Below are positions 36,191 to 44,692 of a stretch of 63,047 bases of DNA, piece by piece. Each line of letters opens with the position of its first letter. Positions within the stretch are counted from its first letter, which is position 1. A program made the position numbers and the translations under genes. The DNA is from Gemmatimonadales bacterium (GTDB lineage: Bacteria > Gemmatimonadota > Gemmatimonadetes > Gemmatimonadales > GWC2-71-9), in the NCBI GenBank assembly GCA_013140635.1, contig JABFSM010000054.1, forward strand, positions 1 through 63,047, in the 5' to 3' direction. The notes beneath the pieces are model-generated. The model was not told the DNA's origin, did not search any database, and saw only the letters and a list, made by a program, of their open reading frames with translations.

Positions 36191-37509
36191 ACCGAGCCCT
36201 TGACGCTCTGCTCGCCGAAGCCGCTCGGGCGGGCCGGCCGATCCGGGTCGGACTGATCGGCGCCGGTGTGACGGGGCGGGCCATCGCCTTGCAGTTGCTG
36301 ACGCCGCCTATCGGCATCCATCTGCTCGCCGTTGCCAATCGCACCGTCGAGCGGGCGGAACAGGCCTTTCGGGAAGGCGGAGCGCCGGCCCCGGTTCGGG
36401 TGGCCGAGCCCGACGCGCTCGATCGGGTGGCCGACGCGATGGGCCATGCCGTCACGACCGACCCCTCCGTACTGAACCGGGCGAAGTCCATCGACGTGAT
36501 CGTCGAGGTCACCGGAACCCAGGAGTTCGCCGCCCGCGCGGTGACCGAAGCGATTGCCCACAAGAAGCATGTGGTGCTCGTCAACGCGGAGCTCGATTCG
36601 ACACTCGGTTCGCTGCTGGCCGCGCAGGCGCGGGATGCCGGGGTGGTCCTGACCAATACGGACGGCGACGAACCGGGCGTGGCGATGACGCTGCTCCGGT
36701 ATCTCCGGTCGCTGGGACTCGAGACCGTGGCGGCCGGAAACCTGAAGGGGATGATCGACCACTACCGAACCCCCGAAACGCAGCGCGCATTCGCGGAGCA
36801 GTACGGCCAGGACGCCCGCAAGGTGACTTCCTTCGCCGACGCGACGAAGCTCTCCATGGAGGCGACGATTCTCGCCAACGCCACGGGGTTCCGCGTGGGC
36901 AAGCGAGGGATGTACGGCCCCAAGTGCGCCCACATCTCCGAATTGCCGGCGCTCCTGCCCGACGCCGATCTGCTTGCCGGAGGATTGGTGGACTTTGCGC
37001 TCGGCGCGGCGCCGCATACCGGCGCCTTCGTGATCGTCCACGAGCCGAATCCGGCCAAGCGGCGGCATCTTTCCTACTACAAGCTCGGAAGCGGGCCGTT
37101 CTACGCTTTCTACACGCCATTTCACCTTCCGCACATTCAGATCGTGTCGACCATCGCCCGCGCCGCGTTGCAGCGTGATCCGACCGTGGCCGCGGTGGGG
37201 GCGCCGAGATGTGAAACGATCACGATCGCCAAGCGCGATCTCCGCGCCGGCGACGTGCTGGATGGCGTCGGCGGCTTCTGCGCTTATGGCCTGATCGAGA
37301 ATACGGCCGAGGCCCGGGTGGAGCGGGCCCTGCCGATGGGGTTGTCCGAGGGTTGTCGCCTGCGTCGCGGTCTCCCCCGCGACAGCGTCGTGCGGTTCGA
37401 CGACGTCGAATTGCCGGGTGGGCGCCTCATCGACCAACTGTGGGAGGAGCAGACGACTCGATTCGAATCGGCTCTGCTCTCTCCCTCGGGAACTGGAGGA
37501 GCTTCATGA
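36187..37509 (+). CDS. NAD(P)-binding oxidoreductase with a C-terminal SAF domain (homoserine-dehydrogenase-like)
   Basis: ATGA overlap with the upstream gene. Motifs IRVGLIGAGVTGRAIA and ITIAKRDLRAGDVLDGVGGF (SAF-like). Confidence 0.65.
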   Translation: MNRALDALLAEAARAGRPIRVGLIGAGVTGRAIALQLLTPPIGIHLLAVANRTVERAEQAFREGGAPAPVRVAEPDALDRVADAMGHAVTTDPSVLNRAKSIDVIVEVTGTQEFAARAVTEAIAHKKHVVLVNAELDSTLGSLLAAQARDAGVVLTNTDGDEPGVAMTLLRYLRSLGLETVAAGNLKGMIDHYRTPETQRAFAEQYGQDARKVTSFADATKLSMEATILANATGFRVGKRGMYGPKCAHISELPALLPDADLLAGGLVDFALGAAPHTGAFVIVHEPNPAKRRHLSYYKLGSGPFYAFYTPFHLPHIQIVSTIARAALQRDPTVAAVGAPRCETITIAKRDLRAGDVLDGVGGFCAYGLIENTAEARVERALPMGLSEGCRLRRGLPRDSVVRFDDVELPGGRLIDQLWEEQTTRFESALLSPSGTGGAS

Positions 37510-38300
37510 AGGTCGTACTCTTTTGCGGCGGGCTCGGCATGCGGCTCCGCGACCACGCCGACAACGTGCCGAAACCGATGGTGCCGCTCGGCTACCGGCC
37601 GATTCTCTGGCATCTGATGAAGTACTACGCCTACCACGGGCACCGGGACTTCATTCTCTGCCTCGGCTACCGCGCCGACCTGATCAAGAACTTCTTCCTC
37701 AACTATGAGGAGGCGGTGTCCAACGACATCATCATCTCGCAAGGGGGGCGCCGGCGCGAGCTGCTGACCAGCGACATCGACGATTGGCGGATCACGCTGG
37801 TCGAAACCGGCCTGAGCAGCAACATCGGGGAACGCTTGGTGGCGGTGAAGAAACACCTCGCGGGCGAGGAGATGTTTCTCGCCAACTACAGCGACGGGCT
37901 GAGCGACCTGCCGCTTCAGCGGCAGATCGACACCTTCGAGCGCGAGGGCTCGACCGCCTGCTTCCTCTCGGTCAAGCCTAACCTGAGCTATCACTTCGTT
38001 GCCGCCGATGCGAACGGGCAAGTCGAGAGTTTCCGGGACATCGCGCACTCGGGGCTCCGGATCAACGGCGGGTTCTTCATCTTTCGGAAGGAGATCTTCG
38101 ACGTCATCCGCCCCGGTGAGGAACTCGTCGAGGAGCCGTTCCGGCGGTTGATGGAGCAACGCAGCCTCTTGGCTTACGAGTACGACGGATTCTGGCTGCC
38201 GATGGACACCGCGAAAGACCGGGCCAAGCTCGACGAGCTCTACGCCTCGGGGTCGCCCCCGTGGACGGTCTGGCGGAAGAACGGATCGACGAATGGTTAG
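37506..38300 (+). CDS. rfbF: Glucose-1-phosphate cytidylyltransferase
   Basis: ATGA overlap with the upstream gene. Motif: MKVVLFCGGLGMRLRDHADNVPKPMVPLGYRPILWHLMKYY. Confidence 0.85.
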   Translation: MKVVLFCGGLGMRLRDHADNVPKPMVPLGYRPILWHLMKYYAYHGHRDFILCLGYRADLIKNFFLNYEEAVSNDIIISQGGRRRELLTSDIDDWRITLVETGLSSNIGERLVAVKKHLAGEEMFLANYSDGLSDLPLQRQIDTFEREGSTACFLSVKPNLSYHFVAADANGQVESFRDIAHSGLRINGGFFIFRKEIFDVIRPGEELVEEPFRRLMEQRSLLAYEYDGFWLPMDTAKDRAKLDELYASGSPPWTVWRKNGSTNG

Positions 38301-38973
38301 CGATCGGCGATCGCTGCTCTCGCTCCGTCCCCCAGGCCGGCGGGCGCTCCGGATTCTCTGTCTTGGCGCCCACGCCGATGACATCGAAATCGGTTGCGGA
38401 GGTACCCTCCTCGGTCTGACCGATCGACGGCCCGCGCCGCGTATGCACTGGGTCGTGCTGAGCGGGAACTCGGCGCGCCAGGCGGAAGCGCGCCGGAGCG
38501 CCCGCTCATTCCTCGGCGAGTCGCGCGCGCCCGAGGTGACCACGCATGCCTTCAGGGAGAGCTACTTCCCGGCGCAGTATGCGGCGATCAAAGACGCGCT
38601 GCAGGCGCTGGCCAAGCAGGTATCGCCCGATCTTGTCCTGACGCACACCAGGGACGATGCCCACCAGGACCATCGCATCGTCTCGGAACTCACCTGGAAT
38701 GCATTCCGGGATCACCTCATCCTCGAGTACGAGGTGCCCAAGTGGGATGGAGATCTCGGCCGCCCGAATCTCTATGTGCCGGTCACTCGCCGGTCGCTGG
38801 AGCGAAAGATCAGGATGCTCTTCTCGACTTTTCGGAGCCAGCGCGGCAAGGACTGGTTCGACGGCGAGACGTTCCGCGGCCTGGCGCGCCTGCGCGGCAT
38901 GGAGTGTCGTTCGCCGAGCGGATTTGCGGAAGCGTTCCACGCCCCGAAACTCACGCTCACGGTGGGAGCATAG
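38293..38973 (+). CDS. PIG-L / LmbE-family N-deacetylase
   Basis: Motifs ILCLGAHADDIEIGCGGTLL and DAHQDHR. Confidence 0.8.
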   Translation: MVSDRRSLLSLRPPGRRALRILCLGAHADDIEIGCGGTLLGLTDRRPAPRMHWVVLSGNSARQAEARRSARSFLGESRAPEVTTHAFRESYFPAQYAAIKDALQALAKQVSPDLVLTHTRDDAHQDHRIVSELTWNAFRDHLILEYEVPKWDGDLGRPNLYVPVTRRSLERKIRMLFSTFRSQRGKDWFDGETFRGLARLRGMECRSPSGFAEAFHAPKLTLTVGA

Positions 38974-38986
38974 CATTCCCCTACGG

Positions 38987-40069
38987 GTGAGCCATCTCGT
39001 TGCTCCCGCACCATTCGGCGGGCTCGAAGCGGTCGTTGCCGCCCTTGCGGGGGGAATGGCGCGCCGCGGGCATGATGTGCGCATCCTTGCTCTCCTCGGC
39101 GCGTCGGGCGGCTGCGCGGCCTTCGAGGAGCTCATACCCCTCGGTGTCGAGCTCGTGGAATTGCGGCACCCTCCCCGAGACTATCGTGCCGAGGCGCGCG
39201 CGGTACGCACCGAAATCGACCGGCGGGGAGCCGGTGTCCTTCACACCCACGGTTACCATGCCGATCTGGTTGGGCTCTGGGCAAGCGGAGCGCCCGGCAG
39301 CCGTCTGGTTTCGACGGCGCACGGTTTCACCGGCGGTGGTTGGAAGAACCGGCTGTACGAGTGGGTGGATCGGCGGGTACTTCGCCGGTTCAACGCCGTC
39401 GTCGCTGTGTCGAGACCATTAGGGGAGCGGCTTACGGCATCCGGGGTACCGCGAGATCGAGTGGCGGTTATCCCGAATGGGTACGTCCCTCCAGAGGAGC
39501 TCTTGACCCGGGAGCAAGCGCGCCAACGTCTCGGTATTCCTTCGGAAGCGTTGGTTGCGGGATGGGTTGGGCGGCTGTCCCACGAGAAGGGCCCCGACCT
39601 GATGCTCGAGGCGCTTCGGCTGGCCCCCGCCTGGCATTGTGCCTTTATCGGGACTGGCCCGCTCCGGCAGCTGTTGATCCGGCAGGCGGAGCGGCTGGGT
39701 ATCGCTCCGCGAGTGGGCTGGCATGGCGCACTGCCGGCCGCCGCCGGGTACTTTCGCGCGTTCGACGCCATCGTCGTGAGTTCGCGCACGGAAGGGACGC
39801 CTATCGTCGTGCTCGAAGGGATGGGAGCAGGAGTGCCGCTCATCACCACCGAGGTTGGAGGGATTCCGGACATGCTGACCGGTGCCGAGGCGCTGCTCGT
39901 TTCCGCCGGTTCGGCGGAGGGTATTGCCGAGGCACTGGAGGAGGTGCGCGCTCGGCCTGAAGCAGCGCGGCGACGCGCGCTGGCGGCTCGGGCCCGGCTG
40001 GAGGCAGACTACTCGCTCGATTCGATGCTCGACAGATACGAGACTCTCTACCAGGGGCTTGCCGCCTGA
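38987..40069 (+). CDS. GT4-family glycosyltransferase
   Basis: The GTG at 38987 lies in frame within listed ORF 38657..40069. Motifs VSHLVAPAPFGGLEAVV and SRTEGTPIVVLEGMGAGVPLITTEVGGIPDML. Confidence 0.8.
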   Translation: MSHLVAPAPFGGLEAVVAALAGGMARRGHDVRILALLGASGGCAAFEELIPLGVELVELRHPPRDYRAEARAVRTEIDRRGAGVLHTHGYHADLVGLWASGAPGSRLVSTAHGFTGGGWKNRLYEWVDRRVLRRFNAVVAVSRPLGERLTASGVPRDRVAVIPNGYVPPEELLTREQARQRLGIPSEALVAGWVGRLSHEKGPDLMLEALRLAPAWHCAFIGTGPLRQLLIRQAERLGIAPRVGWHGALPAAAGYFRAFDAIVVSSRTEGTPIVVLEGMGAGVPLITTEVGGIPDMLTGAEALLVSAGSAEGIAEALEEVRARPEAARRRALAARARLEADYSLDSMLDRYETLYQGLAA

Positions 40070-41253
40070 TGCTGGACAACATCACCGACTCCTCCCGGAT
40101 CGAAGGCGAGTTCATTCTCCTCTTTCCCATCGTCTTGCTGGTCTTTTCGTATATGGTGTATCCGGCCATCATGTGGGTGGTCGGGCGGTTCCGTTCCTAT
40201 CCTCTCCCCAAAGAGGACCCGCCCGAATGGCCCGAGATTACCATCACCCTTCCGGTCTACAATGAAGAGAGGGCGATCGCCGCGACGATCGAAGCGCTCC
40301 TTGCGCTGGATTATCCGGTCGATCGTCGCCACATCCTCGTTGTGTCCGATGCCTCGACCGATCGCACCGATGAGATCGTCGGGGGGTTCGCGTCCCGAGG
40401 GGTACGGCTGGTGCGGTTGCCGGTTCGCGCGGGAAAAACCGCCGCGGAAAACGCGGCGTTGTTACATGTCAAAGGCGAAATCATCGTCAATACCGATGCC
40501 ACCATCCGGATCCTCCCCGGTGCACTGAAGGCGTTGGTGAGAGTCTTTCAAGACCCGAAGATCGGGTTGGCTTCCGGCCATGACACGAGCGTGGGGGACG
40601 CGTCCCACGAGGGGAACTATGCCGAATCGGGCTACGTCGGCTATGAAATGTGGGTGCGTTCGCTGGAAACCAGAACCGGTTCGATCGTCGGGGCGAGCGG
40701 CTGCTTCTATGCGAATCGGCGGGAGCTATTCGACATCTTGTTTCCGTCGGCGCTGAGCCGAGACTTCGCCTCGGCGCTCATCGCCGTGGAGCGGGGATAC
40801 CGTGCGGTCTCGGTCGACGATGCGGTGTGCCTGGTTCCTCGTACCAAGTCGCTCAAGTCGGAGTACCGGCGGAAGATCCGCACGATGACCCGCGGTCTCG
40901 AAACGCTTTGGTACAAGAGGGCGGCGATCTTCAAGGGAGGGCCGTTGTTCGCCTTCCAGGTCCTGACCCACAAGCTGATCCGTTGGCTGGTTTTCCTTCC
41001 CTTGCCGCTCGTCCCGATCGGACTCCTCATTCTCGCGCCGACCTACCCCTGGGCCAGGTGGAGTCTCTACGCCGCGATTCTCGGAACCCTGCTCGGCATC
41101 GCCGCCTTTGCTTGGCCCGATGGCAAGCGGCCTCCCAGGATTCTCGGCATTCCCGGGTTCGTCGTCGGTTCAACGGTTGCGGGGTTCATCGCATGGATCA
41201 AAGCGCTGCAGGGCGAACTCAATCCGGTTTGGGAGCCAACCAGGAGAAACTGA
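40069..41253 (+). CDS. GT2-family membrane glycosyltransferase (synthase-like, with N- and C-terminal TM helices)
   Basis: Motifs ITITLPVYNEERAI, VVSDASTDRT and VNTDAT. C-terminal helices follow the catalytic domain. Confidence 0.8.
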   Translation: MLDNITDSSRIEGEFILLFPIVLLVFSYMVYPAIMWVVGRFRSYPLPKEDPPEWPEITITLPVYNEERAIAATIEALLALDYPVDRRHILVVSDASTDRTDEIVGGFASRGVRLVRLPVRAGKTAAENAALLHVKGEIIVNTDATIRILPGALKALVRVFQDPKIGLASGHDTSVGDASHEGNYAESGYVGYEMWVRSLETRTGSIVGASGCFYANRRELFDILFPSALSRDFASALIAVERGYRAVSVDDAVCLVPRTKSLKSEYRRKIRTMTRGLETLWYKRAAIFKGGPLFAFQVLTHKLIRWLVFLPLPLVPIGLLILAPTYPWARWSLYAAILGTLLGIAAFAWPDGKRPPRILGIPGFVVGSTVAGFIAWIKALQGELNPVWEPTRRN

Positions 41254-41387
41254 CTTGAAGTTGTTGTAGCGGTGCCGCGTCAACCGCACTTTCAGAGCTG
41301 AGTGCCGGCTGTCGTCGTTCGGCGCTTCTCTCGCACAAGTCTCTTCCCATTCACCTCTTAGAAAACCGCATCTCCCGCGTGCCATAC

Positions 41388-41402
41388 TGGCTCGGGGCTT
41401 GC
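41388..41402 (+). promoter_or_regulatory. Candidate sigma-54 promoter for the mini PEP-CTERM protein gene
   Basis: TGGCTC-GGGGC-TTGC(G), with GG at 41389-90 and GC at 41401-02. It lies 34 nt upstream of the ATG at 41436. Confidence 0.55.
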
Positions 41403-41435
41403 GGTGCCCATCCTAGTAATGGAATCTGGTCGCCA

Positions 41436-41660
41436 ATGACACCACTCCGATTGCTTCTCGCGCTGGTCGTCCTCTCCATCGCTTCAGCCCCCGCTGTGTC
41501 CTCGCTCCAGCTTTCGACACCGGATCCCGCACACCCCCTCGAGCTTTCGGCAGGTTCCGAGGATACTTCGACTCCAGGGCCGGCGGTCATGCTTCTGGTG
41601 GCGGCGGGGCTGCTGGGGTTGGCTGGGCTCGGGTATGGGCGGCGGAGGCGGCACCACTAG
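41436..41660 (+). CDS. 74-aa secreted mini-protein with a PEP-CTERM-like sorting signal (PGP variant)
   Basis: The internal ATG of listed ORF 41379..41660 gives a signal peptide MTPLRLLLALVVLSIASAPAVSS. A ~24-aa acidic/Pro-rich segment follows, then TPGPAVMLLVAAGLLGLAGLGYGRRRRHH (motif + TM helix + Arg cluster). Confidence 0.65.
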   Translation: MTPLRLLLALVVLSIASAPAVSSLQLSTPDPAHPLELSAGSEDTSTPGPAVMLLVAAGLLGLAGLGYGRRRRHH

Positions 41661-41666
41661 ATAACT

Positions 41667-41686
41667 GGGCGGCTTACCAGCCGCCC
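41667..41686. terminator. Hairpin between convergent genes (possible bidirectional terminator)
   Basis: GGGCGGCT, loop tacc, AGCCGCCC (8-bp GC stem). It overlaps the last codons of the minus-strand sugar transferase. The flanking T/A runs are poor. Confidence 0.4.
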
Positions 41687-42456
41687 TTACGAAGCAGAAT
41701 GACCGGGATCGTCTCAAGCATAATCTTGAGGTCCTGCCAGAACCCCTGCGACCGCACATACTCGAGATCGAACTCCACCTTCCGCTCGACGTCTTCGAGG
41801 CAGGAGTCGTATTGCTGCCGGACCTGCGCGAGGCCGGTGATGCCGGGCCGGGCCCGCTGCCGCAGCTTGTAGTCGGGAATCGCTTCCCGAAGCTGCGCAA
41901 AGATCGTCGGGCGCTCGGGCCGAGGGCCTACGACATTCATCTCCCCCTTGAGCACGTTGAGGAGCTGGGGAAGCTCGTCGAGCCGATACTGCCGGAGGAC
42001 GCGTCCGATCTTGGTAACGCGCGGGTCGTTCTTCGTGGCCCAGACCGGTCCGGTCTGTTGTTCCGCGGCCATGTGCATCGTGCGGAACTTGTAGATCGTA
42101 AACGGCTTACCGCCGAGATCCTGCTTGCGGCGCGGATCGTTCGGTCCGGCGTTCGAGTTCCGGTTGTCGAGTCCTACGCGGACTTGGGTGTGAAAGATCG
42201 GCCCTCTCGAGGTCACCTTGACGAGAATCGCGATGACGATCCAGAGCGGAAGCGTCAGGATGATCCCCAACGAGCCGACGATGACGTTGAGGAGGCGGCG
42301 TGCCCCCGCATGGTCCTCGAGCTGGGTATCAGCCGGCGCGGGCGGCACGACCCTGAGGTAGGGTTGACGGGTGCCCGCGACCCGTCCGGCCCGCTCCTCG
42401 TTCCGTCCGCCGGGGAGTTTGATCATTGGTGGCTGGGGGTTCGGTGCAGAGGTCAT
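41674..42456 (-). CDS. Polyprenyl-phosphate glycosyl-1-phosphate transferase (bacterial sugar transferase, small single-TM type)
   Basis: Motifs GPIFHTQVRVG, GKPFTIYKFRTM and DELPQLLNVLKGEMNVVGPRPE. Confidence 0.9.
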   Translation of the reverse strand: MTSAPNPQPPMIKLPGGRNEERAGRVAGTRQPYLRVVPPAPADTQLEDHAGARRLLNVIVGSLGIILTLPLWIVIAILVKVTSRGPIFHTQVRVGLDNRNSNAGPNDPRRKQDLGGKPFTIYKFRTMHMAAEQQTGPVWATKNDPRVTKIGRVLRQYRLDELPQLLNVLKGEMNVVGPRPERPTIFAQLREAIPDYKLRQRARPGITGLAQVRQQYDSCLEDVERKVEFDLEYVRSQGFWQDLKIMLETIPVILLRKGGW

Positions 42457-42460
42457 TACC

Positions 42461-43294
42461 TCAGAACACCTGTCCCGCGAGGTAGCCGAGCGAGAGTGCC
42501 GCCGTGATGACCGGTAGGATCACGCTGAAGAAGCCCGATCCTCCGACGCGGACGGTACGGGAGCCGCCGATGAGAATCTCGTCGCCGGCGGCCAGGCTGA
42601 GCTGATCGATGGTCTTTCCAGCCGTGAGCGCCTGCGCAAAGCCCTCGCGCGTGACAATCTCCTTCCCGGCGCGTTCCACCCGGGACTTCGTGGGATCGCT
42701 GCCCTGGTTGGGACCCCCGGCGGCCATGATCGCGTCGCCCAACATTACATCGGGTGCAATCTGGTAGAACCCCGGACGGGTTACCTGCCCGAGGAAGCTG
42801 AGACGGACCGTCGTCTGGACGTGTACGACCGGATTCCGCAAATACTTCTGGATTTCGGTCTTGACGTGATTCTCGGTTTCGGATCGAAGGACTCCCCGAA
42901 CCGAGATCTCCCCAACCGCCGGCAGGAGGATCGTCCGGTTGGGAGAAACCGTGAACGAATCGGACAGGGTAGGCTCGCCCTGGACGGAGATGATGACACG
43001 GTCGCCGGGGCGGAGATCGCCATCGGTGAGCCGCCCGCGCAACAGGGCGATTTCACGCCGCTTGGCATCCTTGATTCTGCCGCTGTAGCCGGGGGACGAG
43101 AGAATCGTCTCCGCATCGGCAATCGCCGCCTCGAGTTGGGCGCGGGTCGTCTGCGCCTGAATCCCCCCTTGAGGGGGGGCTGGGGGCGCGACCGGCGGTC
43201 CGCCGGGACCCTGGGCGGAACCCTGCGTCGTGCCTATTCCAATCCCGGCGAGCACCAGGATTCGCCTTACTAGAGTTCTCACTGGCAGACTCAT
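42461..43294 (-). CDS. wza: Polysaccharide export protein (Wza-like; Poly_export + SLBB domains)
   Basis: Signal peptide MSLPVRTLVRRILVLAGIGIG. Motifs LRPGDRVIISVQGEP and GAVTRPGFYQI-type block (GQVTRPGFYQIAP). Confidence 0.8.
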   Translation of the reverse strand: MSLPVRTLVRRILVLAGIGIGTTQGSAQGPGGPPVAPPAPPQGGIQAQTTRAQLEAAIADAETILSSPGYSGRIKDAKRREIALLRGRLTDGDLRPGDRVIISVQGEPTLSDSFTVSPNRTILLPAVGEISVRGVLRSETENHVKTEIQKYLRNPVVHVQTTVRLSFLGQVTRPGFYQIAPDVMLGDAIMAAGGPNQGSDPTKSRVERAGKEIVTREGFAQALTAGKTIDQLSLAAGDEILIGGSRTVRVGGSGFFSVILPVITAALSLGYLAGQVF

Positions 43295-43374
43295 GGTTCG
43301 AGCAAAGAGCAGGGACTGTGCTTACGCCAAGGCCTCGCGATACTCGGTCTCAAGATCATGTGGGCCACCATATA

Positions 43375-43389
43375 GCGAGACTTGGGCCA
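43375..43389 (-). promoter_or_regulatory. Weaker sigma-54-like promoter candidate facing the wza-like operon
   Basis: The minus strand reads TGGCCC-AAGTC-TCGC(T). The GG/GC spacing is correct but the -12 element is TCGC rather than TTGC. It lies ~80 nt upstream of the ATG at 43294. Confidence 0.3.
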
Positions 43390-43807
43390 GCGTTACGAGG
43401 TCAAGAGGATACAAAAAGCGCGGCAACGTTGCATCAGTGCGTTGCGATGATGCTACAGCAGTGCTGTGTCGGTGTGACTATTGTGCCGTGACTTGGTCCT
43501 TAAGTCCAAGTAGCGCATATAATAAACAGGCTCCAGCTTCGGCAGAACATTTGCGGCAAGACTCACTGTCGAGCCGCACGCAGGTGGGTTCCGAAAGACC
43601 GGTTTCTTCCAGGGCCTACTGTGTAACTTATTCTGTAGCAATCAGTTATAGATCAACAACGAAACAGATGGTCTTGAGAGCAAGAAGCACGGAATCTCAG
43701 CATTCAGCGGTACGATGCCGTCCAAATGCAACATCTCAGTGCATCGGAACGTTGCAGGCTCTTGTCAGGTGCACGTTGACTCGCTTCTTCCCAGGTGGGC
43801 GGACTCA

Positions 43808-44677
43808 ATGGATGAAGGCTCCAGGCAGCCCAAGGTTCTGATCGCGAACGATCAGGAGTGGTCTGCCCGATCGCTGGAGAGCATTTTCGCGGGCGAGGAC
43901 TACGCCGTGATCCGTGCGTTTACCGGGCACCAGGCAATTCAAAAAGCGGCCGCTGCGCTTCCCGATGTCATCATCCTCGACCGGCAAATGCCGGATCTCG
44001 ATGGCGCGGAGGTCTGTCGCCGGCTGCGGGCCGACCCCCGCTTCGGCGCTACCACCCCGATCCTGATCACGACCGCAGGTCAGGCGGGCCGCGCTCAGCG
44101 CATCGAAGCGTTCCAGGCCGGTGCCTGGGACTTCATCGGCCAACCGATCGATGGCGAGGCAATCCTCTGCAAGGTGCGGACATTTCTCCAAGCGAAGCGA
44201 GCGGCGGAGCATCTGCAGACGGACACCATGGTGGATTCCACGACGGGTCTCTATACCCGCGAGGGGATGGCGCGGCGAGCCCGAGAGGTGGCCTCCGAGG
44301 CGACCCGGCATCATCAGTCGGTAGCCTGCGTCGTATTCACTCCGGATGTCCAGGTTCTTCAGGACGCGATTCACTCCATCGATGAAATCGCGAAGGGTGT
44401 CGCCCGATTCTTCAAAGAGTCCGGCCGAACCGCCGATGTGGTCGCTCGGCTCGGTCCGCTCGAGTTTGCGGTCATCGCTCCAACCACCTCCGCGGAGGGC
44501 GCGGCGCGGATGGTGGAGCGGATCGAGTCGGCGCTCACGGCTCAGTCTGACGGCGATGGGGGCCGCGTTCCGGTCCGGGCCGGATACTTCGCGGTCGCCG
44601 ACTTTGCCGACGAGCCCGTCGGGTTTGAAGAGATGATCGCCAAGGCCTTGGCCTCCGCCAAAGTCACGGCCGCTTAG
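43808..44677 (+). CDS. Response-regulator receiver fused to a degenerate GGDEF domain (A-site GPLEF, I-site RxxD retained)
   Basis: ATG at 43808. REC motif DVIILDRQMPDLDG. The GGDEF-like domain carries RTAD-VVARL-GPLEF (nt 44426-44467), which has the same spacing as RxxD-x5-GGDEF. Confidence 0.75.
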   Translation: MDEGSRQPKVLIANDQEWSARSLESIFAGEDYAVIRAFTGHQAIQKAAAALPDVIILDRQMPDLDGAEVCRRLRADPRFGATTPILITTAGQAGRAQRIEAFQAGAWDFIGQPIDGEAILCKVRTFLQAKRAAEHLQTDTMVDSTTGLYTREGMARRAREVASEATRHHQSVACVVFTPDVQVLQDAIHSIDEIAKGVARFFKESGRTADVVARLGPLEFAVIAPTTSAEGAARMVERIESALTAQSDGDGGRVPVRAGYFAVADFADEPVGFEEMIAKALASAKVTAA

Positions 44678-44692
44678 CGGGCGTTCCGCAGG

